This document shows, in pieces, positions 11,440-21,031 of a stretch of 39,316 nt of DNA. The position numbers and the translations under genes are program-made. The stretch comes from Gemmatimonadales bacterium (lineage in GTDB: Bacteria; Gemmatimonadota; Gemmatimonadetes; Gemmatimonadales; GWC2-71-9). The notes below the pieces were generated by a model, which searched no databases, had not been told where the DNA came from, and saw only the letters and a list, made by a program, of their open reading frames with translations. Where the stretch lies: contig JBFGLJ010000003.1 in assembly GCA_041576235.1 (NCBI GenBank), forward strand, positions 1 to 39,316. Direction: 5' to 3'. Numbering within the stretch: the first letter of the stretch is position 1; each line of letters opens with the position of its first letter.

Positions 11440-11959
11440 TGGGGCAGGAGGCTTTCGGCCCGGAGCCGTTCGCCAACTCGTTCCGGTGTTCATGGTGCTT
11501 GCGCTGTCCTGTGCGTCGGATGCCCCGGGGCTCGCGACGCCCTGTGTGGTCGATCGAGTGGCCGACGGCGACAGCTTCCGCTGCGACGACGACACCCGGG
11601 TCCGCCTGATCGGAATCGATGCCCCGGAGCTGGACCAGGGACCCATCGGGCGCGAAGCCCGCGCCGCACTCCGCCGCCTCATGCCAGCCGGCGACACGGT
11701 CTGGCTGGAGCAGGATGTCGTCGGCACCGATCAGTACGGGAGGATTCTGGCCTACGTGTGGTTGACCGGCGGAGACACGCTGGTCAACGAGCGGATGCTG
11801 GACGACGGCTGGGCGGTGCTCTACACCGTCCCGCCCAATGTCAAGTACGCCGACCTGCTCCGGAAGGCGGCGAACGAGGCCCGGACCAACGGCACCGGTC
11901 TCTGGCAGGGCGGCGGGTTCGACTGCTTACCGAGTGAGCATCGGCGGGGGAGTTGCTAG
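11423..11959 (+). CDS. Thermonuclease (SNase) family lipoprotein
   Basis: VADGDSF, RVRLIGIDAPE, DQYGRILAYV, NERML..GWA, A...GLW and lipobox ALSC. Start uncertain (11423 or 11492). Confidence 0.9.
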   Translation: MRRESCGAGGFRPGAVRQLVPVFMVLALSCASDAPGLATPCVVDRVADGDSFRCDDDTRVRLIGIDAPELDQGPIGREARAALRRLMPAGDTVWLEQDVVGTDQYGRILAYVWLTGGDTLVNERMLDDGWAVLYTVPPNVKYADLLRKAANEARTNGTGLWQGGGFDCLPSEHRRGSC

Positions 11960-12879
11960 TCACGCGACTTGAGACTAGCAATCGCTATCTTCGCCGCCAG
12001 TTTCGCGTTGCCCTCCAGCACCGCCACGTTGGTCTCGACCGTGCGGCCGTGGCTCAAGCGCGCCAACTGGCCGAGCAGATAGGGGGTCACCGTCTTGCCG
12101 GTGATGCCCTGCTCGGTGGCCTCCCCGAGGGCCTGAGCCAGCCATCCCTCGACCTTCGAGCGATCGAGCGCGTGCTCGACGCAGGGCGGGTTGGCGAACA
12201 GGATGCCCGAGGGGCAGCCCAGGTCCATATGAATGCGCATGAGGCGGGCCGCGTCTTCCGGCGAGTCGACTCGGTGATGGAGCCCGAGCCCGCTCTCGCG
12301 GGAATAGAAGGCGGGGAATTCGTCGGTGCCGTAGCCCACCACCGGGACCCCCAGCGTCTCGAGCACCTCGAGTGTGCGGGGCAAGTCGAGCACCGACTTG
12401 ACGCCGGCCGACACCAGGGCCACCGGGGAGCGGGCGAGTTCGGTCAAATCGGCCGAGACATCGAACGTGTTTTCGCCGTCCCCCCACCGGTGCACCCCGC
12501 CCAGACCGCCGGTGGCGACCACCCGGATGCCCGCCTTCATCGCGAGCGCCAGCGTGCCCGCCACCGTGGTGGCGCCCAGCCGGTTGCCCGCAATCACCGC
12601 CGCGATATCGGCGCTGCTCACCTTGATCACGTCGGGATTAGTGGCCAGGGTCTTCAACTCTGCCTCCGACAGGCCGATCACCGCCCGACCCTCGAGGATC
12701 CCAATAGTGGCCGGCAGCGCACCACCGTCCCGGACGATCGCTTCCATGGCCAGCGCGGTCTCGAGATTCCTTGGCCTCGGCAGCCCGTGGGCGATCACGG
12801 TGGATTCGAGGGCAACGACGGGGTGGCCCGCCGCTAGGCCTTGGCGGATCGCGGGTCGGATATCAAGCGGGACGGCCAA
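11956..12879 (-). CDS. psuG: Pseudouridine-5'-phosphate glycosidase
   Basis: VALESTVIAHGLP, GATTVAGT, ATGGLGGVHR, DVSADLTEL, GVKSVLD and GKTVTPYLL. Confidence 0.95.
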   Translation of the reverse strand: MAVPLDIRPAIRQGLAAGHPVVALESTVIAHGLPRPRNLETALAMEAIVRDGGALPATIGILEGRAVIGLSEAELKTLATNPDVIKVSSADIAAVIAGNRLGATTVAGTLALAMKAGIRVVATGGLGGVHRWGDGENTFDVSADLTELARSPVALVSAGVKSVLDLPRTLEVLETLGVPVVGYGTDEFPAFYSRESGLGLHHRVDSPEDAARLMRIHMDLGCPSGILFANPPCVEHALDRSKVEGWLAQALGEATEQGITGKTVTPYLLGQLARLSHGRTVETNVAVLEGNAKLAAKIAIASLKSRD

Positions 12880-12885
12880 TGCTTC

Positions 12886-13797
12886 CTACCTGCTCCTCGC
12901 CTTGAGCGAGTCCGGCGAGAGGCGGGCAATCCGGCCCCCGTTCACCTCGAGCGCCAGGCTTGCCGCCGCGAGCCCGGATCGAACCGGATCCGAATGGTCG
13001 TGCAGGACGCCGTAGACGTATCCAGCGATCAGCGCGTCGCCGGCGCCCGTCACATCGCGGACATCCTGGGCGGGTATGGGCGGCAGGTATTCCTTGCGGG
13101 TTCCATCATTGAGGTACACACCCTGGGCGCCGAGCGAGACGATCACCGTGCCGGGGCCTTCATCCCAGATCGCGGCGGCGGCGAGGGCGACCTCGTCGGT
13201 GGTTTCGACTGGACAACCGGAGAGCGCCTGGGCTTCCATCCGGTTGGGCACGATGACGTCGATGGCGTCCAGTACCGGTCGCATCCGTGCTGCCTTGGCC
13301 ACGGAGACCGGATCGGCGATGACGGTGGCATCGCCGCCATAGGTATTGAGCAGCCGCTGGAGCGTCGCCGCCGGCAGGTTGGCGTCGACGACCCAGAGCG
13401 GAAACCGCTCGAGATCCTCGGCGATCTTGTCGCACCAGGCCTCATCCAACTCTTCGAAGAGGTCCATGTCGGCGAGTCCCAGAGCCAACTCGCCACTGGG
13501 TTCGAGCGCGGCGGTGTAGGTCGCCGTCGGACGATCGGGTGATCGGATGACCCCGGCAACGTCGATGTCTTTGGTGGCCAACTCGCGGAGGAGGTCGTAC
13601 CCGGCGCGGTCGTCCCCGACCGCCGAGTAGAGGGCGACCCCGACCCCGAGCTGGCTGAGCCAGTCCGCCACGTTCCGCGCCACCCCGCCGGAGGTGGTGG
13701 TGAGGGTCGCCGGGTTCGACGTTCCCCTGACCAGGGGAGCGTGGCTGCGAGCCCTCCGGTCCAGCGTGGTCCCGCCGATGCAGGCGATGGATGTCAT
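12886..13797 (-). CDS. psuK: PfkB-family kinase, probable pseudouridine kinase
   Basis: GGVARNVA, PNRME and DVTGAGDA PfkB signatures. It sits immediately upstream of psuG in the same orientation. Confidence 0.85.
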   Translation of the reverse strand: MTSIACIGGTTLDRRARSHAPLVRGTSNPATLTTTSGGVARNVADWLSQLGVGVALYSAVGDDRAGYDLLRELATKDIDVAGVIRSPDRPTATYTAALEPSGELALGLADMDLFEELDEAWCDKIAEDLERFPLWVVDANLPAATLQRLLNTYGGDATVIADPVSVAKAARMRPVLDAIDVIVPNRMEAQALSGCPVETTDEVALAAAAIWDEGPGTVIVSLGAQGVYLNDGTRKEYLPPIPAQDVRDVTGAGDALIAGYVYGVLHDHSDPVRSGLAAASLALEVNGGRIARLSPDSLKARSR

Positions 13798-13799
13798 GC

Positions 13800-13930
13800 G
13801 TCGTGAGTCGCTAGTCGTGAGTCGTGAGTCGTGAGTCGTGAGCCGGGAGTCGTGAGCCGTGAGCCCTTCAGTTAGTAGCGCTGCACAAGGAGGCTCACCT
13901 AAGGGACTAGAGACTCACGGCTCACGACTC
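13800..13930. repeat. Heptamer-armed palindromic element (copy B)
   Basis: About nine GTCGTGA-type units, then core CCCTTCAG...CCTAAGGG, then the inverted arm. 13847-13863 is the exact reverse complement of 13914-13930 (17 bp). Confidence 0.85.
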
Positions 13931-15460
13931 AACCCCATATCGCTCCAGGTACTCCCCCACCCTCAGCTTCCGGGCCGTGTTCTCGCTCGACATGTAGCGC
14001 AGCTTCCCGAAGATAGGGCGTTCGGGGCCCCAGGCCCGGTCGTAGCGGCCCAACACCCAGAAGATACCGCTGTAGCTGTTGGGGTTGCGACCGTCGAGGC
14101 CGTACTTGTTATTGAGTTCGATCATGACAGCGATGGCCTTCTTCGCATTGGGCGACCACTCGTAGATCTTCTTGCCCCAGAGCATACGCAGATAGTTGTG
14201 GATCACGCCGTCCTCGACCAGCTGGCGCTGGGCGGCATTCCAGAGTTCGTCGTGGGTCTCGGACGATTCGAAGCGTTTCAGGGAATAGCTGTACGCCCGC
14301 TTGTCCTCGGAGTGCAACTCGATGGTGTCTCGGGCCCACTCCGGCAGCGAGGCGTAGCGGGTGTAGTCGTCGCGCTGCCAGGCCATGTTGTAGCCCAGTT
14401 CCCGCCAGGTAATGAACTCATCCAGAAAGGCCTCGACGTTCTCGCTCGCTCCCCACCAGCCGCTCCGGCTGCCGGTGGCCTTGCGCGCGAGCCTGTCGGG
14501 CGTCCAGTCGTCCCAGTCCATCAACTCCTCGAACACCTGGTGGGCGGAGATGTGGCCCCAGTGGAGATAGGGCGAGAGCCCGCTGGTGACTTCCTCTTCG
14601 GGCTGGTTCCGCTCGTCCGCGTAGCGGTCGAGCCGAGAGTCGAGGAACCGGCGAAGGGCGCGGCGGGCTGCTCGTTCCCCGCCCTTCGTGTCGGTCACGC
14701 CGACCTCGTGATCGATGGGGAACCGCTCGAGCGGAGCCGGATCGCCGGCCAGTTTTGCGACATCGGCTGCGGGCCATGTCTTGGTGATCGACGAGGGCAG
14801 CGCCTTGAGTTTTGGCAGCTTGATCCGGGCCAGCGGGTTGGCCTTGGGGACCTCCTCCAGGTGGGGCTCCAGGGTCTTCTGCAGGAACCGCCGGAAGTCC
14901 ACCGCACGGAGATACACCTTGTCCGCCGCCCGCAGCGGCAGGATGCCGTTCGAATCGACCAACTCGAACGACACCGGGATCTGTCTGGTCGCCGCCTCGA
15001 TCATCCTCGGCAGGAAGAACGACGGAAAGTCATCACCCACGACAACGCACGAGCGCTTGGAAAGCTCGGCGAGCAACCCCTTACCGGCGTCCGGCTTGGG
15101 TTCGAGATAGGGGTAGTAGAGCACCGGTTTCGAGTCGAGCCGTCTCTGGTTATCGGCCATGCCCTGAATCACGAAATGGTGGAACCGGTCGCTGGCCCAT
15201 CGGTAGCCGGCACGTAGTGCCTCGAAGACCACCAACGGTTTGTCGAGTGCCTTGGCGTGCTCCACTGCCCGCTCGAGCGCAAAGTTGTAGCGGGTGCGCC
15301 GGAAGGCCGTCATCCAGTAAAGGACGAAGTCGCCCTCGGTGTCGATGGGCTTCCGGTTGAGCTGGCGCAAGCGAAGCGGCGGGATGTCGGTCTGCAGTCT
15401 TCGGTCCTCGGTCGTCGGTCGTCGGTCCTCAGTCAGAGAAGCTACTCCCGAGCCGCCCAA
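13922..15460 (-). CDS. phr: Class II CPD DNA photolyase (start uncertain)
   Basis: VLYWM...RR...NFAL, SGLSPYLHWGHIS, THDELWNAAQ, IHNYLRMLWGKK, NNKYGLDGRNPN and ERPIFGKLRYM are class II signatures. Confidence 0.9.
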   Translation of the reverse strand: MGGSGVASLTEDRRPTTEDRRLQTDIPPLRLRQLNRKPIDTEGDFVLYWMTAFRRTRYNFALERAVEHAKALDKPLVVFEALRAGYRWASDRFHHFVIQGMADNQRRLDSKPVLYYPYLEPKPDAGKGLLAELSKRSCVVVGDDFPSFFLPRMIEAATRQIPVSFELVDSNGILPLRAADKVYLRAVDFRRFLQKTLEPHLEEVPKANPLARIKLPKLKALPSSITKTWPAADVAKLAGDPAPLERFPIDHEVGVTDTKGGERAARRALRRFLDSRLDRYADERNQPEEEVTSGLSPYLHWGHISAHQVFEELMDWDDWTPDRLARKATGSRSGWWGASENVEAFLDEFITWRELGYNMAWQRDDYTRYASLPEWARDTIELHSEDKRAYSYSLKRFESSETHDELWNAAQRQLVEDGVIHNYLRMLWGKKIYEWSPNAKKAIAVMIELNNKYGLDGRNPNSYSGIFWVLGRYDRAWGPERPIFGKLRYMSSENTARKLRVGEYLERYGVES

Positions 15461-15604
15461 TCGCCCAACCCTGCTCGGTCATCCGGAGGACCGCTAGGCA
15501 GTTTCTCGGATGGACGATAGGTTCCGGCATCGAGAATCACAGCGGCAGACCTCACCTGCAGGACCGACGACTGACGACCAACGACTATCTCACGACCGAC
15601 GACT
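15397..15604. repeat. Heptamer-armed palindromic element (copy A, long loop)
   Basis: (GTCNTCG)4-GTCCTCAG, about 120 nt, then CCTGCAG-GACCGAC GACTGAC GACCAAC. The arms are reverse complements of each other. Confidence 0.75.
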
Positions 15605-15609
15605 TTCTC

Positions 15610-17058
15610 ATGCCTCCTTCCTCCCGCCTCATCCTGCTCACCGGCGCCACCGGCTACGTCGGCGGCCGGCTCCGCCCGCTGCTCGAGCAGCACGGGCTTG
15701 GGGTCCGCTGCCTCAGCCGCCGGCCCCAGAGCCTCGAGGCCCAGGTGGCTGCTACCACGGAGGTCGTCAAGGGCGATGTGCTGGATCGAGCGTCGCTCGA
15801 GAGGGCGCTTCGCGATGTGGATACCGCCTACTACTTCGTCCACTCGATGGGCAACAAGGCCGACTTCGAGGCACAGGATCGACAAGCCGCCCAGAACTTC
15901 GCCGACGCCGCCAAGGCGCGGGGCGTGCGCCGCATCATCTACCTCGGCGGGCTCGGGGATGCCGATGAGGCACTCTCCAAGCACCTCCGGAGCCGGCACG
16001 AGACCGGCGAGATCCTTCGGACCTCGGAGGCTCAGGTCATCGAGCTCCGGGCCTCGATCGTCATCGGCTCGGGCAGCCTGTCGTTCGAGTTGATCCGGGC
16101 CCTGGTGGAGCGGCTGCCGGTGATGATCTGCCCCAAGTGGGTGCGGGTTCTGGCCCAGCCCATCGCCATCGAGGACGTGCTGGCCTACTTGCTTCAGTCC
16201 TTAGACATCCCCGCCGGGCCCTCTCAAGTGTATGAGATCGGTGGGCCGGACCAGGTGTCCTACGGAGACATCATGCAGGAATACGCCCGCCAGCGCGGGC
16301 TCAGGCGGCTCATGATCTCGGTCCCCGTGCTCACCCCCCGGCTCTCGAGCCTGTGGCTGGGTCTGATAACCCCGGTGTATGCCAGGACCGGGCGAAAGCT
16401 GGTCGAGAGTCTGAGGAATCCGACACTGGTGAGGGATCGCGCGGCCGAGGCGGTCTTCACGGTGGAACCACGCGGCCTCGCGGAAGCCATCGCCCGGGCG
16501 CTCGCGAACGAGGACCGGGAGATCGCCGAGACCCGGTGGTCGGACGCCTTGAGCTCCGCGGGTCCACCCGAGGCGTTCGGGGGTGAGAGCTACCGGTCGC
16601 GCATCGTGGACTCGCGGACGGCGCAGGTGGACGCACCCCGCGAGGTCGCCTTCGCTCCCATCCAGCGGATCGGCGGGCAGACCGGCTGGTACTATGGTGA
16701 TTGGCTCTGGAGAATCAGGGGATTCCTGGATTTGCTTGTGGGCGGCGTGGGCGTACGCCGCGGACGCCGGGATCCGGTGAATCTGCGGGTGGGGGACGCG
16801 GTCGATTTCTGGCGGGTGGAGGCCGTCGAGCCGGATCGGCTGCTCCGGCTCCGGGCGGAGATGCGGCTGCCGGGCCGGGCCTGGCTCGAGTTCGAGGTCG
16901 CCGAGGACGGACAGGGGAGCACCATTCGTCAGACGGCGGTCTTCGATCCGGTGGGTTTGTTCGGCCTGGCGTATTGGTACGCCCTCTACCCGCTCCACGC
17001 CCTGGTCTTCCGCGGGATGTTGAAGGGCACCGCGCGAGCTGCGAAGACGAGTGCTTGA
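15610..17058 (+). CDS. Atypical SDR NAD(P)-binding protein with C-terminal DUF2867-like domain (YbjT-like)
   Basis: LTGATGYVGG, YYFVHSM, IIYLGGL, RASIVIGSGS, QPIAIEDV, IGG..GWY, GDAVDFWRVE and EMRLPG.AWLEF. Confidence 0.88.
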   Translation: MPPSSRLILLTGATGYVGGRLRPLLEQHGLGVRCLSRRPQSLEAQVAATTEVVKGDVLDRASLERALRDVDTAYYFVHSMGNKADFEAQDRQAAQNFADAAKARGVRRIIYLGGLGDADEALSKHLRSRHETGEILRTSEAQVIELRASIVIGSGSLSFELIRALVERLPVMICPKWVRVLAQPIAIEDVLAYLLQSLDIPAGPSQVYEIGGPDQVSYGDIMQEYARQRGLRRLMISVPVLTPRLSSLWLGLITPVYARTGRKLVESLRNPTLVRDRAAEAVFTVEPRGLAEAIARALANEDREIAETRWSDALSSAGPPEAFGGESYRSRIVDSRTAQVDAPREVAFAPIQRIGGQTGWYYGDWLWRIRGFLDLLVGGVGVRRGRRDPVNLRVGDAVDFWRVEAVEPDRLLRLRAEMRLPGRAWLEFEVAEDGQGSTIRQTAVFDPVGLFGLAYWYALYPLHALVFRGMLKGTARAAKTSA

Positions 17059-17101
17059 CAATCCCACCAGAATCCGGAGCTTAGGGGGGACCCGAGCGAG
17101 G

Positions 17102-18142
17102 ATGTCCTGGATGCGAGCTGGCCTTCTCAAGAAGAGGCGCCCCACCGCGAAGGCCACTGATCCCACCGCCCCTGCCTCCTCCACCATTCCCACAACAGCC
17201 GACGATCGTCCCCGCCCCCGCCCCCGCCCCTCGGTGACCGGGCTGGTCATCTGTTTCAACGAGGAAGCGAACATCGGCGGGTGCCTCGATTCGCTCGAAT
17301 GGTGTGACGAGATCATCGTGGTCGATTCGTTTTCGACCGACCGCACCCCCGAGATCGCCCGGCGCTACGAGACGGTCCGATTCCATCAGCGGCGCTACCG
17401 CGGCGGGGCTGGCCAGCGCAATTGGGCCCTGGGCCTGGTCAAGACCGACTGGGTGTTCGTGCTCGACGCCGATGAGCGCTGCCCGCCGGCGCTCCGCCAG
17501 GAGATCGAGGAGCTGCTCTCGGGCGATCCCCCGCCGAGTGAGGCCTACACCGTCGGGCGGCGGTGCTACTTCCTGGGCCGGCCCATTCGCTTCTCCGGGT
17601 GGCGCAACGATCGCGTGATCCGGCTCTTCCGGCGTGGGGCGGGCTACTACAACAACCGCCGGGTGCACGAGGAAGTGGTCACCGCTCGACCGGCGCCCCT
17701 CCTCCGGCATCGCCTCGACCATTTCCTCATCGATAGTTTCGACGACTACGTGCGCCGCATCAATCTCTACGGCTACTGGGGCGCGGCCCAGTACTGGCGC
17801 GACGGCCGTTATCCCTCGCCGGCGGCCCAGGTGCTGCTTCGCACGCCCTGGCGCTTTGTCCGCACCTACGTGGTGCAGCTGGGGTTCCTCGACGGGATGC
17901 ACGGCTTGGTCTTCTGCATACTCCAGACCTACGCGACCTATCTCAAATGGTCCCTGCTCTGGAGCTGGCACCAGGACGCGAAGCGCGGGCGGCAACCGGT
18001 CCTGCCCGAGTTCGACGATGACCCGGCGGTGTGGAGCGGCTTGGCAGCCATCCAGTCAGACCGGGCGGGCCGGAAGGCCTCCCCCTCGGACCTCTCGCCG
18101 CGTCCGGCGGTCGCCAGGACCCCGGTGCCCGACCAGCCGTAG
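17102..18142 (+). CDS. GT2 glycosyltransferase (WaaE/KdtX-like beta-glucosyltransferase type)
   Basis: ICFNEE..I..CL.S..WCDEIIVVDSFSTDRT, QRN, VLDADER, RLFRR, VHE and GFLDG..G. Start uncertain. Confidence 0.88.
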   Translation: MSWMRAGLLKKRRPTAKATDPTAPASSTIPTTADDRPRPRPRPSVTGLVICFNEEANIGGCLDSLEWCDEIIVVDSFSTDRTPEIARRYETVRFHQRRYRGGAGQRNWALGLVKTDWVFVLDADERCPPALRQEIEELLSGDPPPSEAYTVGRRCYFLGRPIRFSGWRNDRVIRLFRRGAGYYNNRRVHEEVVTARPAPLLRHRLDHFLIDSFDDYVRRINLYGYWGAAQYWRDGRYPSPAAQVLLRTPWRFVRTYVVQLGFLDGMHGLVFCILQTYATYLKWSLLWSWHQDAKRGRQPVLPEFDDDPAVWSGLAAIQSDRAGRKASPSDLSPRPAVARTPVPDQP

Positions 18143-18148
18143 TCGCCG

Positions 18149-18958
18149 TTACAGGTATTGATCGACCCCTCGGTCGACCCAGGTCCGGGCCGACCGTTCT
18201 TGCGCCTCCCACATGCGTTCGTTGTTGGGTCCGGGGGCGTTGGGTCCATGCCAGAGATGGATGACGGGGACCGCAAACCGTCCGTTCTTTCGGTAGACGC
18301 CATACTTGATCAAGCGGTCGACGAGATCCCAGTCCTCCTTGCCGTACCCCTCGTAGGCTTCGTTGAATCCGTTGACCGCTAGGAAATCCTCACGCCAGAG
18401 CGCCAGGTTCCGCCCGCAGGCCCCCTTCGGGCTGCGGGGCGCGAATTTTCTGAGGGGTCCAAGCGGGAGCCGGAAGAACGGCATGCACCGATTGACATGT
18501 CCGTTGAGCCGAGAGCCGAGCCAGCGGCCGAGACCCCACCGATGCGCGGCGGCGCCCCGCTGCAGTGCTGCCGCGGTGAGCGCGGGGCTCATGTCGACGT
18601 TGCTGCCCCGGACGAAGAAGCCTCGCTCGGCCAAGCGCCAATGGCGTTTGAGGAAATCGGGGAGCATGAGACAATCGCCGTCGATGAACACCAGATATGG
18701 TGCGCCCGACGCCGCCACTGCGCGGTTTCGGATAGCAGCCAAGCGGAACCCGCGGTCCTCCTGCCACACGTGCTGGATGGATATGGCCCCGGTCCGCTGA
18801 AACTCCTGTACCAACTCTTTGGTGGCGTCGCCGGACCCATCGTCCGCCACCAGGAGTTCGAAGTCCTGAAACACCTGATCACAAGCGCTCGCGAGCACCG
18901 CCCGGAGGGCCTCCGGACGATTGTAGGTGCTGACAATGAGACCGAGTGCTGGCGTCAT
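18149..18958 (-). CDS. GT2 glycosyltransferase with GT7-C-like C-terminus
   Basis: STYNRP, VADDGS, HVWQEDRGFR.A.IRN, FIDGDC, NGFNE.YEGYGKED and HLWH. Confidence 0.88.
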   Translation of the reverse strand: MTPALGLIVSTYNRPEALRAVLASACDQVFQDFELLVADDGSGDATKELVQEFQRTGAISIQHVWQEDRGFRLAAIRNRAVAASGAPYLVFIDGDCLMLPDFLKRHWRLAERGFFVRGSNVDMSPALTAAALQRGAAAHRWGLGRWLGSRLNGHVNRCMPFFRLPLGPLRKFAPRSPKGACGRNLALWREDFLAVNGFNEAYEGYGKEDWDLVDRLIKYGVYRKNGRFAVPVIHLWHGPNAPGPNNERMWEAQERSARTWVDRGVDQYL

Positions 18959-19053
18959 CCCACTCCTCGCTTGCCCCGCGGCGCTCCGGTGATACCCTAC
19001 ACGGACATGCTAGCCTCCCCCGTCTTGCCCCGGAAGGGACGCACGCACGCGCC

Positions 19054-19863
19054 ATGAACGCCACGCCACCGCTGCTCTACAACAGGCTATACCGCACCGC
19101 TCCGCTGGCGGTGCACGCCCCGGGCAAGCCCAAGGAGAGCCCCTGGTGGGAGACGGTCAAGCGCCACGCCTTGGCCGAGGCGCCGATCCCCGGTCCCTGC
19201 GAGTCCCTGGCGGTGGTGACCTGGAACTCGGGCGCGCCCGAATCCATCCGTAAGCTTCGCGGGCACACCCTGGGCTGGTTCGAGAGGTCGCTCGACCACC
19301 GCGGGGTTCCCTACACTGTGCTGGGCCAAGGCATCGGCGAGGCGTGGACGAACCGCATGAAGCTCGACTTGACCATCGAGTTTCTAGCCGCCCGGCGGGA
19401 GCCGTTCGTGATGGGCGCGGACTCCTCCGATGCGTTGCTCATCGGCGATCCGAGGGCCATCGTCGAGCGCTTCCGGCAGCAAGAGGCCGGGATGCTCTTC
19501 AACGCGGAGAAACAGTTCTGGCCTCCGGAGCTCAAGGACATGCGGCGATACGAGGACGGGGTGTGCCGGAAACCGTTTCGCTACTTGAACGCCGGGCTCT
19601 GGATCGGGCGGCGGGAGGCGTGTCTGGAGGCCTTTCGCCGGGCGCGGGTTTGGGCCGACCGGCTCGCCCTCCGGGAAGAGTCGGAGCAGGTCTGCTGGAA
19701 GCACGCCTACCGCGATCTCTACCCCGCCATCCAGATCGACGACCACTGCCGCATCTTCCAAAACCTGAACCGCGTTCGACGCGAAGTCCGGGTCGGTGGC
19801 GAGCGGCTCCCGTCGCCGGTCACGAGCTACATCCACAAACGGTTGGCGGCCCTCAGATCGTGA
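19054..19863 (+). CDS. Glycosyltransferase resembling the GT domain of procollagen lysyl hydroxylase (PLOD/LH3)
   Basis: Collinear motifs VLGQG, K, VMGADSSDAL, FNAEKQFWP, RYLNAGLWIG, SEQ and IDDHCRIFQNLN. Family recognized from memory, not by a search. Confidence 0.7.
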   Translation: MNATPPLLYNRLYRTAPLAVHAPGKPKESPWWETVKRHALAEAPIPGPCESLAVVTWNSGAPESIRKLRGHTLGWFERSLDHRGVPYTVLGQGIGEAWTNRMKLDLTIEFLAARREPFVMGADSSDALLIGDPRAIVERFRQQEAGMLFNAEKQFWPPELKDMRRYEDGVCRKPFRYLNAGLWIGRREACLEAFRRARVWADRLALREESEQVCWKHAYRDLYPAIQIDDHCRIFQNLNRVRREVRVGGERLPSPVTSYIHKRLAALRS

Positions 19864-21031
19864 CGTGATCCCGGTGCGGCGCGCCCTGGCGATGCTGTCC
19901 GAGCACTGTTGTGAGCAACCGGTGCATTGCCTCGCCGCTCGCGCGCCAGGTGTGGTGGGTTTGAGCGACGCGCTGCGCGGCCTCGCCGTGCCGATGCCGG
20001 CGCGCGGTGTCGCCGAGGAGCTCGACCACCCGGTCGCAGAAGGCGGCGCGGTCGGCCGCTATCAGATCGAACAGCGGTTCCTCGAGGTGGAGTCCGTTCG
20101 CCGCCAGCGGGGTCATCACCACCGGCCGGCCCGCGGCCCAGGCCTCGAGCACCTTGTTCTTGACCCCCGTCCCCGAGCGCATGGGCGCCACGGCCACCCA
20201 CGCCTCCTGGAGCGCCTCCCTCATCGAGGGCACATCGGTCCGGATCTCGACCCCGGGAGCGGAGGCCGCTTTCAAGACCGGCGGCTTGGGGTTGTGGCCG
20301 GCGATGACGAACCGGGCCTCGGGAACCCGGCGTCGGATGTGGGGCCAGTACGCACCCACGAAGTGCCGGATGGCATCCATGTTGGCGTAGTACGACAGGA
20401 TGCCGCTGAAGATGACCGTGGGCCGCGCGCTCTCGGCTTCGAACCGGGGGCCGCCGTGCACATGCACCCCATTCGGGATGACGGTGACCTTTCGTGATCC
20501 CGACAGCCGCCGCAGCATCCGGGCGTCATCTTCTCCCACCACTACCGTTGCCCTGAGCTCGTGAACCAGTCGCCGCTCGTACGGCGCGTACTGGATCGCG
20601 CGGGCGAGCGCCCCGGGCGAGACGCGGATCTTGCGCAATCGTTCGAGCGTGGCGCAATCGATCCGGTCGGCGACCGCGGGAGGGAAATCGCTTCGCCCGA
20701 AGGCGAGGAACTCGGCGCCGTTGAAGAGAAGGGCCGCCGCCGGCGAGCGCGCAGCGATGACGTCTTGGACCATGGCTCGGAGGGGACTGTTGCGGGCCGT
20801 CCGGGTGGGCGCCGCGACCCAGCGCCAGGCGCGTGGGAGGTAGTGGATCTCGTGCGCGTTGGGCTCGGCCCAGGGCGGTGTCTCGACCGGCCGGTCGGAC
20901 GCCACCACCAGGCTCAGGTCCCACCATTCGGCGAGGGCCTCGAGCATGTGGGCGGCCCGGAGCGAGAACCCCCCGCGCATGGGCCACGGCGTGGCCCCGG
21001 TGACCGCCAGCAGCCGCGGTCTATTGCTCAC
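19853..21031 (-). CDS. GT4 (GT-B) glycosyltransferase
   Basis: PWP..GG..LR, VIPNGV, FSG.LSY.AN.DA, VAPMRSGTGVKNKVLEAWAAGRPVV. Confidence 0.9.
   Translation of the reverse strand: MSNRPRLLAVTGATPWPMRGGFSLRAAHMLEALAEWWDLSLVVASDRPVETPPWAEPNAHEIHYLPRAWRWVAAPTRTARNSPLRAMVQDVIAARSPAAALLFNGAEFLAFGRSDFPPAVADRIDCATLERLRKIRVSPGALARAIQYAPYERRLVHELRATVVVGEDDARMLRRLSGSRKVTVIPNGVHVHGGPRFEAESARPTVIFSGILSYYANMDAIRHFVGAYWPHIRRRVPEARFVIAGHNPKPPVLKAASAPGVEIRTDVPSMREALQEAWVAVAPMRSGTGVKNKVLEAWAAGRPVVMTPLAANGLHLEEPLFDLIAADRAAFCDRVVELLGDTARRHRHGEAAQRVAQTHHTWRASGEAMHRLLTTVLGQHRQGAPHRDHVTI

Noticed and set aside
11423-13797. Thermonuclease plus psuG/psuK as one nucleic-acid scavenging or defence system
   Set aside because: The genes are convergent and individually common, and nothing in the sequence links them.
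13800-13930. Heptamer arrays as a CRISPR array
   Set aside because: The units are 7 nt and contiguous with no unique spacers, and no cas genes are present.
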